The notes: generated by a model not told the origin, from the letters alone. Shown: positions 7,386-15,893, counted from the stretch's first letter. The stretch: DNA of 32,000 nt from Bacteroidales bacterium (GCA_017526205.1 JAFXRP010000201.1:11404-43403); one strand, 5' to 3'. Translations and numbers: made by a program.

Positions 7386-8283
7386 CTGTCCTTAATCCTT
7401 TGCTTACATTCTTCCTGAACTTCAGCATTATCTTCGCAGTGTAGGACCTGAATGTTAGTGTATAATATGTTGCAAGCACTAGAGTTCCACACCATTTTAC
7501 AAATTCTTGAAAATGACGCTTGTGCAGGCTTCGCTTTCCTGCGGAAGTGCAGCGTATCTGTTCGCTGATGCCAACGCCTAAGCCAACCCGCTCTATGTAT
7601 TCTTCCGTTGTACGTGATTCGGGGATTATGTGTTCTATTTCAACATCGGGGAAATAGTATATTTCCATCCCCAAACCTTTAATTTTGAGAAAAATGTCCT
7701 TTTCTTCGCCACCGAGAAGAATGTTCCCTGTGCGACCAAGCTCGGTGTTGAAATAACCGCTTTTTTCGAGGCATTGCCTTCTGAAGCCCATGTTTGCACC
7801 GATTGGGTACTTGTGTTTGCCGTATTTTTGCGTCTTGTCGGGGCTGTTGGTTGCCGAAATCAACGAATACATCCAGCGGTTAAGCCACTTGGGAGGATGT
7901 CCGGCTTCGAATCGTGGCGTTATCTTTCCGCCGAAAGCCATCAGGTCCGGCGTATTGTCGAGGTTCGTCTTTAGATTTCTAATGTAATCGGACTTTACGA
8001 CAACATCATCGTCAAGAAAGACAAGGAAGTCGCCTCGGCTTTCGGCGATGCCCTTGTTGCGAGCAAACGAAAGTCCTTGCTTGCTTTCTGTGCAGTACCT
8101 TAAATTGACATCGGGAAAATTCGCAGTAAACTGCTTGCATTTTTCTTCGGTGTCGTCGGTGCTGTTGTTGTTGATGAGTACGATTTCGTATTCGTCGTGG
8201 GGAAAGTCGTTGCTGGCGATGCTTGCAAGGGCATCGTATAGGTACTTGGCTCGGTTGTATGTGCAGACGATTATCGAAATCAT
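7342..8283 (-). CDS. family 2 glycosyltransferase
   Basis: GT2 N-terminus MISIIVCTYNRAKYL, then IVLINNNSTDDT and the DxD region FLVFLDDDVVV. ATG at 8283-8281. Its 3' end overlaps the convergent LicD 3' end by 44 nt. Confidence 0.85.
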   Translation of the reverse strand: MISIIVCTYNRAKYLYDALASIASNDFPHDEYEIVLINNNSTDDTEEKCKQFTANFPDVNLRYCTESKQGLSFARNKGIAESRGDFLVFLDDDVVVKSDYIRNLKTNLDNTPDLMAFGGKITPRFEAGHPPKWLNRWMYSLISATNSPDKTQKYGKHKYPIGANMGFRRQCLEKSGYFNTELGRTGNILLGGEEKDIFLKIKGLGMEIYYFPDVEIEHIIPESRTTEEYIERVGLGVGISEQIRCTSAGKRSLHKRHFQEFVKWCGTLVLATYYTLTFRSYTAKIMLKFRKNVSKGLRTATYQAACTDAQVMQ

Positions 8284-9377
8284 AGAATCGTTTCCTTGAA
8301 CATTTCGGTAACGGCACTCTCCGAATATTTTTCAAGGAAAATCTTCCTTGAATATCCGTTGAATTTAGGCCGTGGATTCTGAGCAAAATCGTTCAGCAGT
8401 GCGATAAATTCTTCTGCCGTATTGCATTCGCCACCAACCTTTTTTGTATCGACATCGTAACCTTCGAAAGCCTCTGTAGTTCCGATGATATTTTTGCCGT
8501 GCATGAGCGATTCGCAGGTCTTAACTTTCATTCCGCTACCCGAAAAAATCGGCAGTACCATAATGTCGGCTTCGGCAAAATATGGTTGCAAGTCGGGTGC
8601 ATCACTCACGATTTCAATGTTTTTCAGCAATTCGGGTTCGTTTTCCTTCAGTTTCTTCATTCCCTTGCCGACTATCTTCATTTTTATCTTTACCGATGGA
8701 AGTACATTGCGTATAAACCATATTATGCCATCGTTGTTTGGCTTGAAGTACGAACCGAGAAACATGCAAACCGGAATGGGTGAGGTGCTTGCGTCGGTGC
8801 GTTCTGTGTCGGTGAATTTGTCGGCAAGTGCAATTGGAATTGTCGAATCGGCAGTTCTGCCGTACCTTGATTTTATTTCTTGTCCGTCGCGCTCGTTCAA
8901 AACGATTATCATGTCGGAATGCAGGCATGAAAAACGGTCGTTGCTGTCGGCGCATTTTACTGCAAAAAAGCGGGACAGTCCTTTGTTTGCCAACTTTGCT
9001 TCGAAGTACGGCACTTCAACATTGTGGAAAAAGGTAATCACCTTGCCTTTGTACCCCGATTTTTTTAAATCGTTGGCAATTATCCCGAAAACACTTCTGT
9101 CGATAAACACATAGTCGTATGACTTTGCAATCGAAACAATGTCCTTGACTCGTTTTGGACTAAGTCCGTAGAAATAGCCGAACAACGACAAGATGCCGCT
9201 TTTGATGATAGTCCAGAGACTTTTCCGCTTTATTTGTTCGTGGACATAATAGGTTTTTATGTTGTCTTCGCCAAGCAAATCCGATAGGGCGGTGTAGTTG
9301 CGCCATGTGCATACTTCTCCGCCTTCGGGGATTCCTTCCGATTTTTTGTAGCGTATGAACAATAGGTTGCTACTCAT
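8280..9377 (-). CDS. GT-B fold glycosyltransferase (GT4/GT1-like)
   Basis: C-terminal half has a GT4-like EX7E region (SGSGMKVKTCESLMHGKNIIGTTEAFEG). The track ORF starts at a TTG (9431); I place the start at the ATG at 9377 (MSSNLLFIRY..), though the ATGs at 9407 and 9398 are also possible. The stop overlaps the GT2 start (ATGA, 8280-8283). Confidence 0.7.
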   Translation of the reverse strand: MSSNLLFIRYKKSEGIPEGGEVCTWRNYTALSDLLGEDNIKTYYVHEQIKRKSLWTIIKSGILSLFGYFYGLSPKRVKDIVSIAKSYDYVFIDRSVFGIIANDLKKSGYKGKVITFFHNVEVPYFEAKLANKGLSRFFAVKCADSNDRFSCLHSDMIIVLNERDGQEIKSRYGRTADSTIPIALADKFTDTERTDASTSPIPVCMFLGSYFKPNNDGIIWFIRNVLPSVKIKMKIVGKGMKKLKENEPELLKNIEIVSDAPDLQPYFAEADIMVLPIFSGSGMKVKTCESLMHGKNIIGTTEAFEGYDVDTKKVGGECNTAEEFIALLNDFAQNPRPKFNGYSRKIFLEKYSESAVTEMFKETIL

Positions 9378-9598
9378 GGCACTATGCTTCGTTTGCATTG
9401 CCGTCATTCCGTAAGACAAAGCGAACAGCAAAAGGAATGTTGCTTGTGAGCCTGTCTGTACGGAATCTCCTTTTGAATTCGTTTTTCACGGGAGATTCCG
9501 CATAGTTGAACAATATGACGCTCCTCGTTCCGTATCGCGTTATTGTTCTAACTTGTGGAATGACTGGTAAAGGGTTTGTAATAATATATTGACAATGT

Positions 9599-12079
9599 TT
9601 ATGCATTAGCGGTAGCTTTTTTCTTCCTGTACTGCAAGAAAATCACTCCTGCAATTACCAATGCGAGCAACACTGAGAATGCAATCGAAACGATGTCCCA
9701 AACCTTTATCATAGGTGCTTCGTTGATGAATTCAATTTTGTGCTGTCCTGCAGGAATAACCATTGCGCGGAGTATGTAGTTGGCACGGAAATATTCGGCT
9801 GGCTGTCCGTCGATGTATGCCTTCCAGTCTGGTTCATAGTAAATCTCGGAGAAGATTGCCAACTGATCCTTGCTGGAGGATGTGCTGTAAACCAAATAAT
9901 CTGGATTGTATGGTTTCGCATGTGTCATTTCGATGACGGCTGTGGTGTCGCGCGACAGATTTTTGCCCTCTACGTAGCTTGCAAAATCGGGTGCTATAAT
10001 TGCAGTGTCGGCAGGAGAGAAGTCGTTGAGCGCTAGAATCTCTGCATTTGCATCAGCTACTATCTGGCAACCATCCACAAACCATGCGTTTCCGAGAGCA
10101 GCCGGATTGCGTTGAACCATGCTCGAACCTTGCTGGTCGGGAACGATGAAGTAGCGCGCATTGAGCATATTTAGTACATTCATGTTCAGTTCGCCCATCA
10201 TGTAGAAGTCGATGAGGTCCTGATAGCGACGCAGTTTTGCTCCGTGGTATCCGCCAATAGAGTGGTGGAATGCCGAGGTGCGCGAGTCGTTGAATGTGCT
10301 GGTGGCAAGGTTCATAACACGGAAATCCTTGTCGCCGAAGCGTTCTGCGTACTGGTCTATGATTTTGTCGTTCTCTGTTGGGTTCAGTTGCATTTCCTTT
10401 TTCGAAACATAGCTGTCATCGTTAAGATAGCGGCGGTCAATAGTCCAAAGGTCAAAAACTACGAGCAAGGCAATGACTGCGGTTGTTACGATAAAAGCAA
10501 CTTTTTGTTTCTTTTCCTTGTAGCTGATTGCGAAGAACAATGTTGCAGCCGAAAGCAGTATCAGTATTATCGAGCGCCACGAGTCGGCAGTAAACAAGTC
10601 CTGTCTGTCCTGAATGAATATTTCTTGGATTCTAGGCCAGCCGTCGCCATATTGTGCAGCCATTTGCTCGTCGACTGCGCCAGCAAACGAGAACGAACCC
10701 GACATAATCAATACGATGAGGATTATGCCGCAGGTGATTCCTGTCGATGCATACAAGGCGATTTTTAGCTTTTTCTTGTCGATTTCGTTGCCGAAAATGT
10801 TTTTCAATGCCAGAATTGCCATCATTACCATTGCTACATTGGCAATCACAAGGCTCATGGATGGGGTGCGGAACTTGTTGTACATTGGCAGGTGGTCGAA
10901 CAGAAATCCGTTGACGCCCATAAGATTCTTGCCCCACGACAGGATTATTGCCATTATTGTTATGCCAAGCAGCCACCAGCGTTCCGGTCCTTTTATGATG
11001 AAAAGTCCGAGAATAAACAGGAAAACTATTATTGCTCCGAAATACACAGGTCCAGATGTGAATGGCTGGTCGCCCCAGTAGAGCGGTGCATTCTTGATTT
11101 TGAAGTTCTTGTATGTTTCGGTTGACTTGTCAACTGGTTCGTTTGAACCTCCGCCGTAGCTGCCAGGAACGAGCAATGTGTAGGTTTCGCCGATTCCATA
11201 GCTCCATGCAAAGGCGTAATCCATGTTTAGTCCAACTTTGTTCTTGTTGTCAGAATGTTCGATGTCGCCAGATAGAGATTCGGGAGTAACTGTAATTTCG
11301 GAACCGCCACGCATGGTATATCTGGAATATTCCACGTTCATCATAAGCAGACGGGCATTGCCGCCAATGGCGAAGATTGCGCCTATCAAAAGTACGCCAA
11401 TTGCTTTCCCAAACTGCTTGAAAGTCTTGTCCTTTATTGTGTAAATTAGGTAAACCAAGCCTAGTATTAGTACCGAAAGCAATGTGTAATATGTTATCTG
11501 CAGGTGGTTGAATGCAATCTGGAAACCTAGCGCTATAGTGAAAAGTATTCCACCTATTAGATATTTTTTCTTCAGTGTCAGTATTATGCCGCTGAAAATA
11601 GGAGCCACCATTGCTAAAGCCCAGGCTTTTGAAATATGTCCTGCTTCAATAATTATTATATTGTAGCTGCCTAGTCCAAAGGCAATTGCTCCTACGAGGC
11701 TTAGCCACGGATTTACGCCAAGTGCTACGAGACAGATGTAAAATCCTATGAGATAAAGGAATAGTACACCAATGTTTTCTGACCAGCCCAACCAATATAG
11801 GTCGAAGATTTCTTTGGCTCTAAAAATTGATTCCTGTGGTTTGTTGGTAATCTGGTAGGTTGGCATTCCGCTGAACATTGCACTGTTCCAGTGTGTGTAT
11901 GTGCCAGTTTCCTTCAGAAAGTCTTTCTGCTCCTTCACCATTCCCTGCCAGTTGCGCGTGTCGCCCTGGTTGAGGACCTTGTTGCTGGTAACTAATTTGT
12001 CGAAAAAAAGAATGGAAATAAGAAAGAATATGATTACTATTCCAGTGTGTGTAAGAATGTTTTTTACTATAGGTTTCAT
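9599..12079 (-). CDS. YfhO-family polytopic membrane protein (GT-C-like extracytoplasmic glycosyltransferase candidate)
   Basis: 826 aa. It has more than 10 predicted hydrophobic helices in the first ~560 aa, a large soluble C-terminal domain and one terminal TM segment. That size and topology are typical of Bacteroidetes YfhO-family proteins. The family assignment is from memory, not from a search. Confidence 0.7.
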   Translation of the reverse strand: MKPIVKNILTHTGIVIIFFLISILFFDKLVTSNKVLNQGDTRNWQGMVKEQKDFLKETGTYTHWNSAMFSGMPTYQITNKPQESIFRAKEIFDLYWLGWSENIGVLFLYLIGFYICLVALGVNPWLSLVGAIAFGLGSYNIIIIEAGHISKAWALAMVAPIFSGIILTLKKKYLIGGILFTIALGFQIAFNHLQITYYTLLSVLILGLVYLIYTIKDKTFKQFGKAIGVLLIGAIFAIGGNARLLMMNVEYSRYTMRGGSEITVTPESLSGDIEHSDNKNKVGLNMDYAFAWSYGIGETYTLLVPGSYGGGSNEPVDKSTETYKNFKIKNAPLYWGDQPFTSGPVYFGAIIVFLFILGLFIIKGPERWWLLGITIMAIILSWGKNLMGVNGFLFDHLPMYNKFRTPSMSLVIANVAMVMMAILALKNIFGNEIDKKKLKIALYASTGITCGIILIVLIMSGSFSFAGAVDEQMAAQYGDGWPRIQEIFIQDRQDLFTADSWRSIILILLSAATLFFAISYKEKKQKVAFIVTTAVIALLVVFDLWTIDRRYLNDDSYVSKKEMQLNPTENDKIIDQYAERFGDKDFRVMNLATSTFNDSRTSAFHHSIGGYHGAKLRRYQDLIDFYMMGELNMNVLNMLNARYFIVPDQQGSSMVQRNPAALGNAWFVDGCQIVADANAEILALNDFSPADTAIIAPDFASYVEGKNLSRDTTAVIEMTHAKPYNPDYLVYSTSSSKDQLAIFSEIYYEPDWKAYIDGQPAEYFRANYILRAMVIPAGQHKIEFINEAPMIKVWDIVSIAFSVLLALVIAGVIFLQYRKKKATANA

Positions 12080-12107
12080 ATCAAATCTTGATGTTACAAT
12101 TGAAATA

Positions 12108-12115
12108 CAAAGGTA
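12108..12115 (-). promoter_or_regulatory. candidate internal -7 box (TACCTTTG on minus strand) in front of the YfhO gene
   Basis: The reverse complement of caaaggta matches TAnnTTTG and lies 29 nt upstream of the ATG at 12079. It sits in the 49-nt gap after the upstream gene. Confidence 0.3.
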
Positions 12116-12128
12116 ATGCTTTTTTGCT

Positions 12129-13067
12129 TTATTCCGTTAGGTCGGTAATGATTTCCCTGATAGGTCTAACCTTGTGGACATGCTCTATTGAAACTCCTGC
12201 GCACCACACAGTTTTATAGGTAGCCTTGAAAGCGGAGTTGTAGAGTTTTTTCATTCCTGCCTTCATCATTACAGATTTTGCAAACTTTTTCAGGGCGGAG
12301 TTGCCATTGACAAGTCTTTCCCAAATGTTTGGCTTGTTGCCAATTTGTTGGAGGTATGGAGTATTTATCACTGCAGTGGGACTGCCCGAAAGTTTCCGAG
12401 TCATGACAATGTCCTTGGCGCCATATTCTACTACGGCTTTCTTGTATTCGTCCGAGACCTTGCATTCCTCACTGGCGATGAAAATTGTGCCGACAGAAAC
12501 ACCTGCCGCACCCATCGATATTGCGTTGTCAACATCCTGCTTGCGAGCGATACCGCCTGCATATATAATAGGTGTGTGGCAATTGTCAACTAGTTCGGGC
12601 ATCAACTTTTCGGGGGGGAATATTCCTGAATGTCCACCAGCTTTTGAGTTGACTGCGATAATAGCATCGGCACCAAGGCTTTCGACTTTTTGGGCAAATT
12701 TAAGGTCAACTACATCGCAGAAAACCTTGATTCCATTTGCATGAGCCATTTCGATTGCCTGTTTTGGGTTGCCGAGTGATGTTATAATGAAAGCTGGTTT
12801 GGCATTAATAATTTCAGAAAGTTGCTGTTTGTAGCGTGTGTTCGACTTGTTTACCACAAGGTTTATTCCGAAAGGCTTGTCTGTTTTCGCCTTGATGTTG
12901 GCGATTGCACTGGCAATTTCTCCTTTTTTTCGATAGTTTGCAGCTGGGATTGCTGCAGTAATCCCACATTCTAGCGCGGCGACAACCATTTCCTCGTTGC
13001 TAACCAGAAACATTGGAGCCATGATTATTGGATGTTCAATATGCAATATGTCGCACAAAGTTGCCAT
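12129..13067 (-). CDS. nitronate monooxygenase / FabK-like FMN-dependent oxidoreductase
   Basis: 312 aa TIM-barrel flavoenzyme pattern: HPIIMAPMFLVSN, GADAIIAVNSKAGGH and IIYAGGIA, typical of the NMO (2-nitropropane dioxygenase) / enoyl-ACP reductase II family. Confidence 0.7.
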   Translation of the reverse strand: MATLCDILHIEHPIIMAPMFLVSNEEMVVAALECGITAAIPAANYRKKGEIASAIANIKAKTDKPFGINLVVNKSNTRYKQQLSEIINAKPAFIITSLGNPKQAIEMAHANGIKVFCDVVDLKFAQKVESLGADAIIAVNSKAGGHSGIFPPEKLMPELVDNCHTPIIYAGGIARKQDVDNAISMGAAGVSVGTIFIASEECKVSDEYKKAVVEYGAKDIVMTRKLSGSPTAVINTPYLQQIGNKPNIWERLVNGNSALKKFAKSVMMKAGMKKLYNSAFKATYKTVWCAGVSIEHVHKVRPIREIITDLTE

Positions 13068-13069
13068 TT

Positions 13070-13582
13070 TTATAGTTGCAGGGTATTGTTGTTCTCGTTT
13101 TCTGTTGCCTCGAAATATTCGTCAACTAGTAATTTGTCGCCTGTAGCGGCTGCAACAGCAAGCTGGTCGCAACGGTTGTTGTATGGATTGTCAGCATGGC
13201 CTTTTACCCATACGAATCTGACTTTGTGTTGCTTGTATATTCTTAAGAACCGAACCCATAAGTCTGGATTCTTTACATTCTTGAAATTTTTCTTTATCCA
13301 TCCCGACAACCAGTTCTGATTTATGGCATCGGCTACATATTTAGAGTCGGTGTAGATTGTCACAATGGAGTTCGGAATTTTTAACATTTCGAGGGCGGTG
13401 ATAACGCCAAGCAGTTCCATGCGGTTGTTGGTTGTACGGCGGAATCCACAGGCTACATCCTTGCGGTGTTGTCCGCTCATAAGCACAATGCCGAAACCAC
13501 CAGGACCTGGGTTTCCTCGTGATGATCCATCTGTATAGATGGTTATTACAGGTGGTTGTGGCGTTTGTTTTTCCTCCGGCAT
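13070..13582 (-). CDS. rnhA: ribonuclease HI
   Basis: Strong resemblance to E. coli RNase HI throughout: IYTDGSSRGNPGPGGFGIVL, TTNNRMELLGVITALE, TIYTDSKYV, NPDLW and VWVKGHADNPYNNRCDQLA. The DEDD catalytic residues are placed as expected. Confidence 0.92.
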   Translation of the reverse strand: MPEEKQTPQPPVITIYTDGSSRGNPGPGGFGIVLMSGQHRKDVACGFRRTTNNRMELLGVITALEMLKIPNSIVTIYTDSKYVADAINQNWLSGWIKKNFKNVKNPDLWVRFLRIYKQHKVRFVWVKGHADNPYNNRCDQLAVAAATGDKLLVDEYFEATENENNNTLQL

Positions 13583-15567
13583 TACCTTGCAATAAGAACC
13601 TTTTCGGTTACGCTGTGTCTGTCGATGTTCATATTTACGAAATACAGGCCTTCGCTGTAGCTACTAACGTTGATTCTGATTTCACCCTCGCTACTGTTGC
13701 AGTTATGCATGTCGACCTTTCTGCCAAGCATGTCGTAGATGTCGATGGTAATGTCTTTGCCGTATTCCACAGAGCCAAGGTTGATGTTGACAATGTTGTT
13801 TGCTGGGTTAGGGAAGATGCTTATTTCGTGTTCGGCAGCATAGTCCTCAACATCAACGATACATGTTACGGGGCGAATTGCGGATGAAGTTCTTACACCG
13901 AATTTTTCGTAAGCAGTGTTCCATGTATCACCATCGTTGCTTACATACAGGGTGTTTGAACCAGATGTACTTCTGTTTGGTGCAACGCTTACTACAAACC
14001 ATTCGCCATCGCCGTCTGAGTTGGTGCCGTTGTAGTTGATTTTGTATCCGGCATAGAATGGACCATTTACTTCAACAGGGTCATCAAACTCAACTACATA
14101 GTTGTAGTTTTCTGGAATGTCGCGCAGATATACTTTCTTTTCGGCAAGAATTGTTTCGGGATGTTGCGTATTGCCGTCCCAAATGTAGAAAGTGACGGTT
14201 GAGTTATATGAGCCGGTCTGTGATTTAAATACAGGAACAATAATTGCGTCAACCTGTTCGAATGAGTACTGGTTGAACTTGTCTGCATAATACTTGGTTC
14301 TCTGTCCGTTATGACCGCCAATGTATCCCCATGAACCTGTAACAGTTGGGCTACTTGGTATTTCGTTGGGGCGTATGTTTGTTATTGTGTCGCAGTACAT
14401 CGGGACAGGACCGGAAAATACCATTATATAGTCTTCCTTTGTGATAGAAGTTACTCCGCATTCGTTTGAAACAGAGTGGAAAACATCATAGAAACCTGCT
14501 GCGTTGTATTCTATTCCATTAATTATGTTAGCGGTTGCGGCTGTATGGGGGTATCCACCTTCAAATTCCCATGTCCATGCTGTAGGATTGTTGGTTGATC
14601 TGTCCTCGAAATAAACCTTTGTACCTGAGCGGATAAGGCGTGGTGCGGCAACAAATTCGGCTTCTGGTATAGCTACACAAGGGTCGGTTTCGGCAACTGT
14701 AATATAGTTTGTTCTACGCAGTGTGTCCATGCCCATGTTGCTTTCGATAACAAGCTCTACATCGTATGTTCCAGGCATCGGGAATATTATGCCGGTTGGA
14801 TTTTGTACGTTCGATGTTGTTGGAACTGCTCCTTCGAAGAACCAGTGCCAAATGTAAGGATTACCGGAGCTTCTGTCGGTGAAGTTTACTGCGTCGCCAG
14901 GTGCAATATAGGTTCTGTCGACCATGAAATTTGCTTCGGGACTTATTGTAGCTTCTGGGACTACGTTGATGTAGAAGTTTTTGGTTTCAGTATCGCTGTT
15001 TCCGTTCATGTCGGTTACGGTGAGTTCTACATTGTATATTCCGACATGTGGATAGGTTATTGGTGCTGGGCGTTCATCGGTTGATGATGATGGCATGCCA
15101 CCTTCGAATGTCCATTGGTATGATGCGAATGGACCATTTTGTGATATGCTAGTGAATTGCACAATATTGTTGGCCGGGATAGTCGTGTAGTTTGCCGTAA
15201 AATCGGCAATTGGAGTTTCGGTGTTTGGAAGTACCGTTATGCATTCGGTTACGATTTCCGTATTGACCATAGCGCCGTTTTGCACTTCGAGGATTACTGA
15301 ATATACGCCCGGATGGTAGTAGCAGATGTCCTGTGGGTGCTGTTCGGTTGAAGTTGGGGTTTGTGCGCCCTCGAATGTCCACTGCCAGTGGGTCGGGTTT
15401 CCCGTTGTCATGTCGGTGAAGTATACGCATTCGCCGGCGATAATTTCGTATGATGATACGAGGAACTGCGCATCAAGTCCTGCCTTGCTGTTTCCCTTTT
15501 GCGCAAATATGTTGCACGATAGCACTATTAATGTTGCTAATACTATGATTCTCAGTATGTCTTTCAT
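13582..15567 (-). CDS. T9SS cargo protein with four PKD repeats, an unassigned ~200-aa domain and a T9SS C-terminal sorting domain
   Basis: The signal peptide follows the ATG at 15567; the track start at 15573 is a TTG. There are four repeats of the form F(T/E)D.S.GNPT.W.W.FEGG.P..S....P..I.Y...G.Y.V.L. The C-terminus ISIFPNPANNIVNINL..IDIYDMLGRKV..GLYFVNMN..KVLIAR is a T9SS CTD. The stop overlaps the rnhA start by 1 nt. Confidence 0.85.
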   Translation of the reverse strand: MKDILRIIVLATLIVLSCNIFAQKGNSKAGLDAQFLVSSYEIIAGECVYFTDMTTGNPTHWQWTFEGAQTPTSTEQHPQDICYYHPGVYSVILEVQNGAMVNTEIVTECITVLPNTETPIADFTANYTTIPANNIVQFTSISQNGPFASYQWTFEGGMPSSSTDERPAPITYPHVGIYNVELTVTDMNGNSDTETKNFYINVVPEATISPEANFMVDRTYIAPGDAVNFTDRSSGNPYIWHWFFEGAVPTTSNVQNPTGIIFPMPGTYDVELVIESNMGMDTLRRTNYITVAETDPCVAIPEAEFVAAPRLIRSGTKVYFEDRSTNNPTAWTWEFEGGYPHTAATANIINGIEYNAAGFYDVFHSVSNECGVTSITKEDYIMVFSGPVPMYCDTITNIRPNEIPSSPTVTGSWGYIGGHNGQRTKYYADKFNQYSFEQVDAIIVPVFKSQTGSYNSTVTFYIWDGNTQHPETILAEKKVYLRDIPENYNYVVEFDDPVEVNGPFYAGYKINYNGTNSDGDGEWFVVSVAPNRSTSGSNTLYVSNDGDTWNTAYEKFGVRTSSAIRPVTCIVDVEDYAAEHEISIFPNPANNIVNINLGSVEYGKDITIDIYDMLGRKVDMHNCNSSEGEIRINVSSYSEGLYFVNMNIDRHSVTEKVLIAR

Positions 15568-15611
15568 CTGCAAGAGTTTTTTTTTGAAAATGAAAATTAA
15601 ATATCAAACTG

Positions 15612-15619
15612 CAAATATA
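15612..15619 (-). promoter_or_regulatory. candidate -7 box (TATATTTG on minus strand) for the PKD/T9SS cargo gene
   Basis: The reverse complement of caaatata matches TAnnTTTG and lies 45 nt upstream of the ATG at 15567. Confidence 0.4.
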
Positions 15620-15621
15620 AT

Positions 15622-15745
15622 AAAATTTGAAAATTCAATGATTTGAAAATTCAAAAATTTGATGATTGTAGCGGCGCAATGATTTGCGCCGATTGCAATG
15701 ATTTGCACCGATTGAGACGCAAGATTTTGCGTCTGTACAGATTAT
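15622..15745. repeat. mosaic hairpin-word element, copy A
   Basis: Contains GAAAATTCAA-type words, hairpin GGCGCAATGATTTGCGCC (15673-15690) and a tandem half-copy GCAATGATTTGCACCGATT. The palindrome AGACGCAAGATTTTGCGTCT (15715-15734) is followed by GTACA. The same modules occur in the same order at 23787-23880 and 27889-27936. Confidence 0.85.
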
Positions 15746-15750
15746 CAAAT

Positions 15751-15825
15751 CCATTATCCATTGTCCATTATCCATTGTCCATTATCCATTATCCATTGTT
15801 CATTGTTCATTGTTCATTGTTCATT
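15751..15825. repeat. heptanucleotide tandem array (CCATTAT/CCATTGT/TCATTGT, ~10.7 units)
   Basis: Read directly from the sequence: ccattat ccattgt ccattat ccattgt ccattat ccattat ccattgt tcattgt tcattgt tcattgt tcatt. It ends 69 nt upstream of the recR ATG. Confidence 0.92.
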
Positions 15826-15893
15826 AAATTGATGATCGTTGCATAGCAAATTATTCCGCCGAATATTAGCGGAAATGTTTTGGTAATTGATTT

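Noticed and set aside
15568-15573. N-terminal extensions in the ORF track: 15573, 20791, 23487, 26447 and 9431
   Set aside because: These track starts are TTG codons shown as M. In each case an ATG a few codons downstream begins a canonical signal peptide, or a plausible N-terminus in the GT4 case, so I trimmed the gene models.
15751-15825. A CRISPR array, suggested by the regular short repeats here and at 20857-20941 and 21287-21424
   Set aside because: The period is 7 nt with no unique spacers, there is no 24-48-nt repeat unit, and there are no cas genes. These are microsatellite-like arrays, not CRISPR.
15643-15846. Track ORFs lying inside repeat-rich spacers: 15643..15846, 16745..17017 and 23769..23984
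   Set aside because: Their translations are low-complexity read-throughs of the hairpin and heptad repeats (for example PLSIVHYPLSIIHYPLFIVHCSLFI). They lack plausible starts or promoters and have no family resemblance, so I treat them as non-coding.
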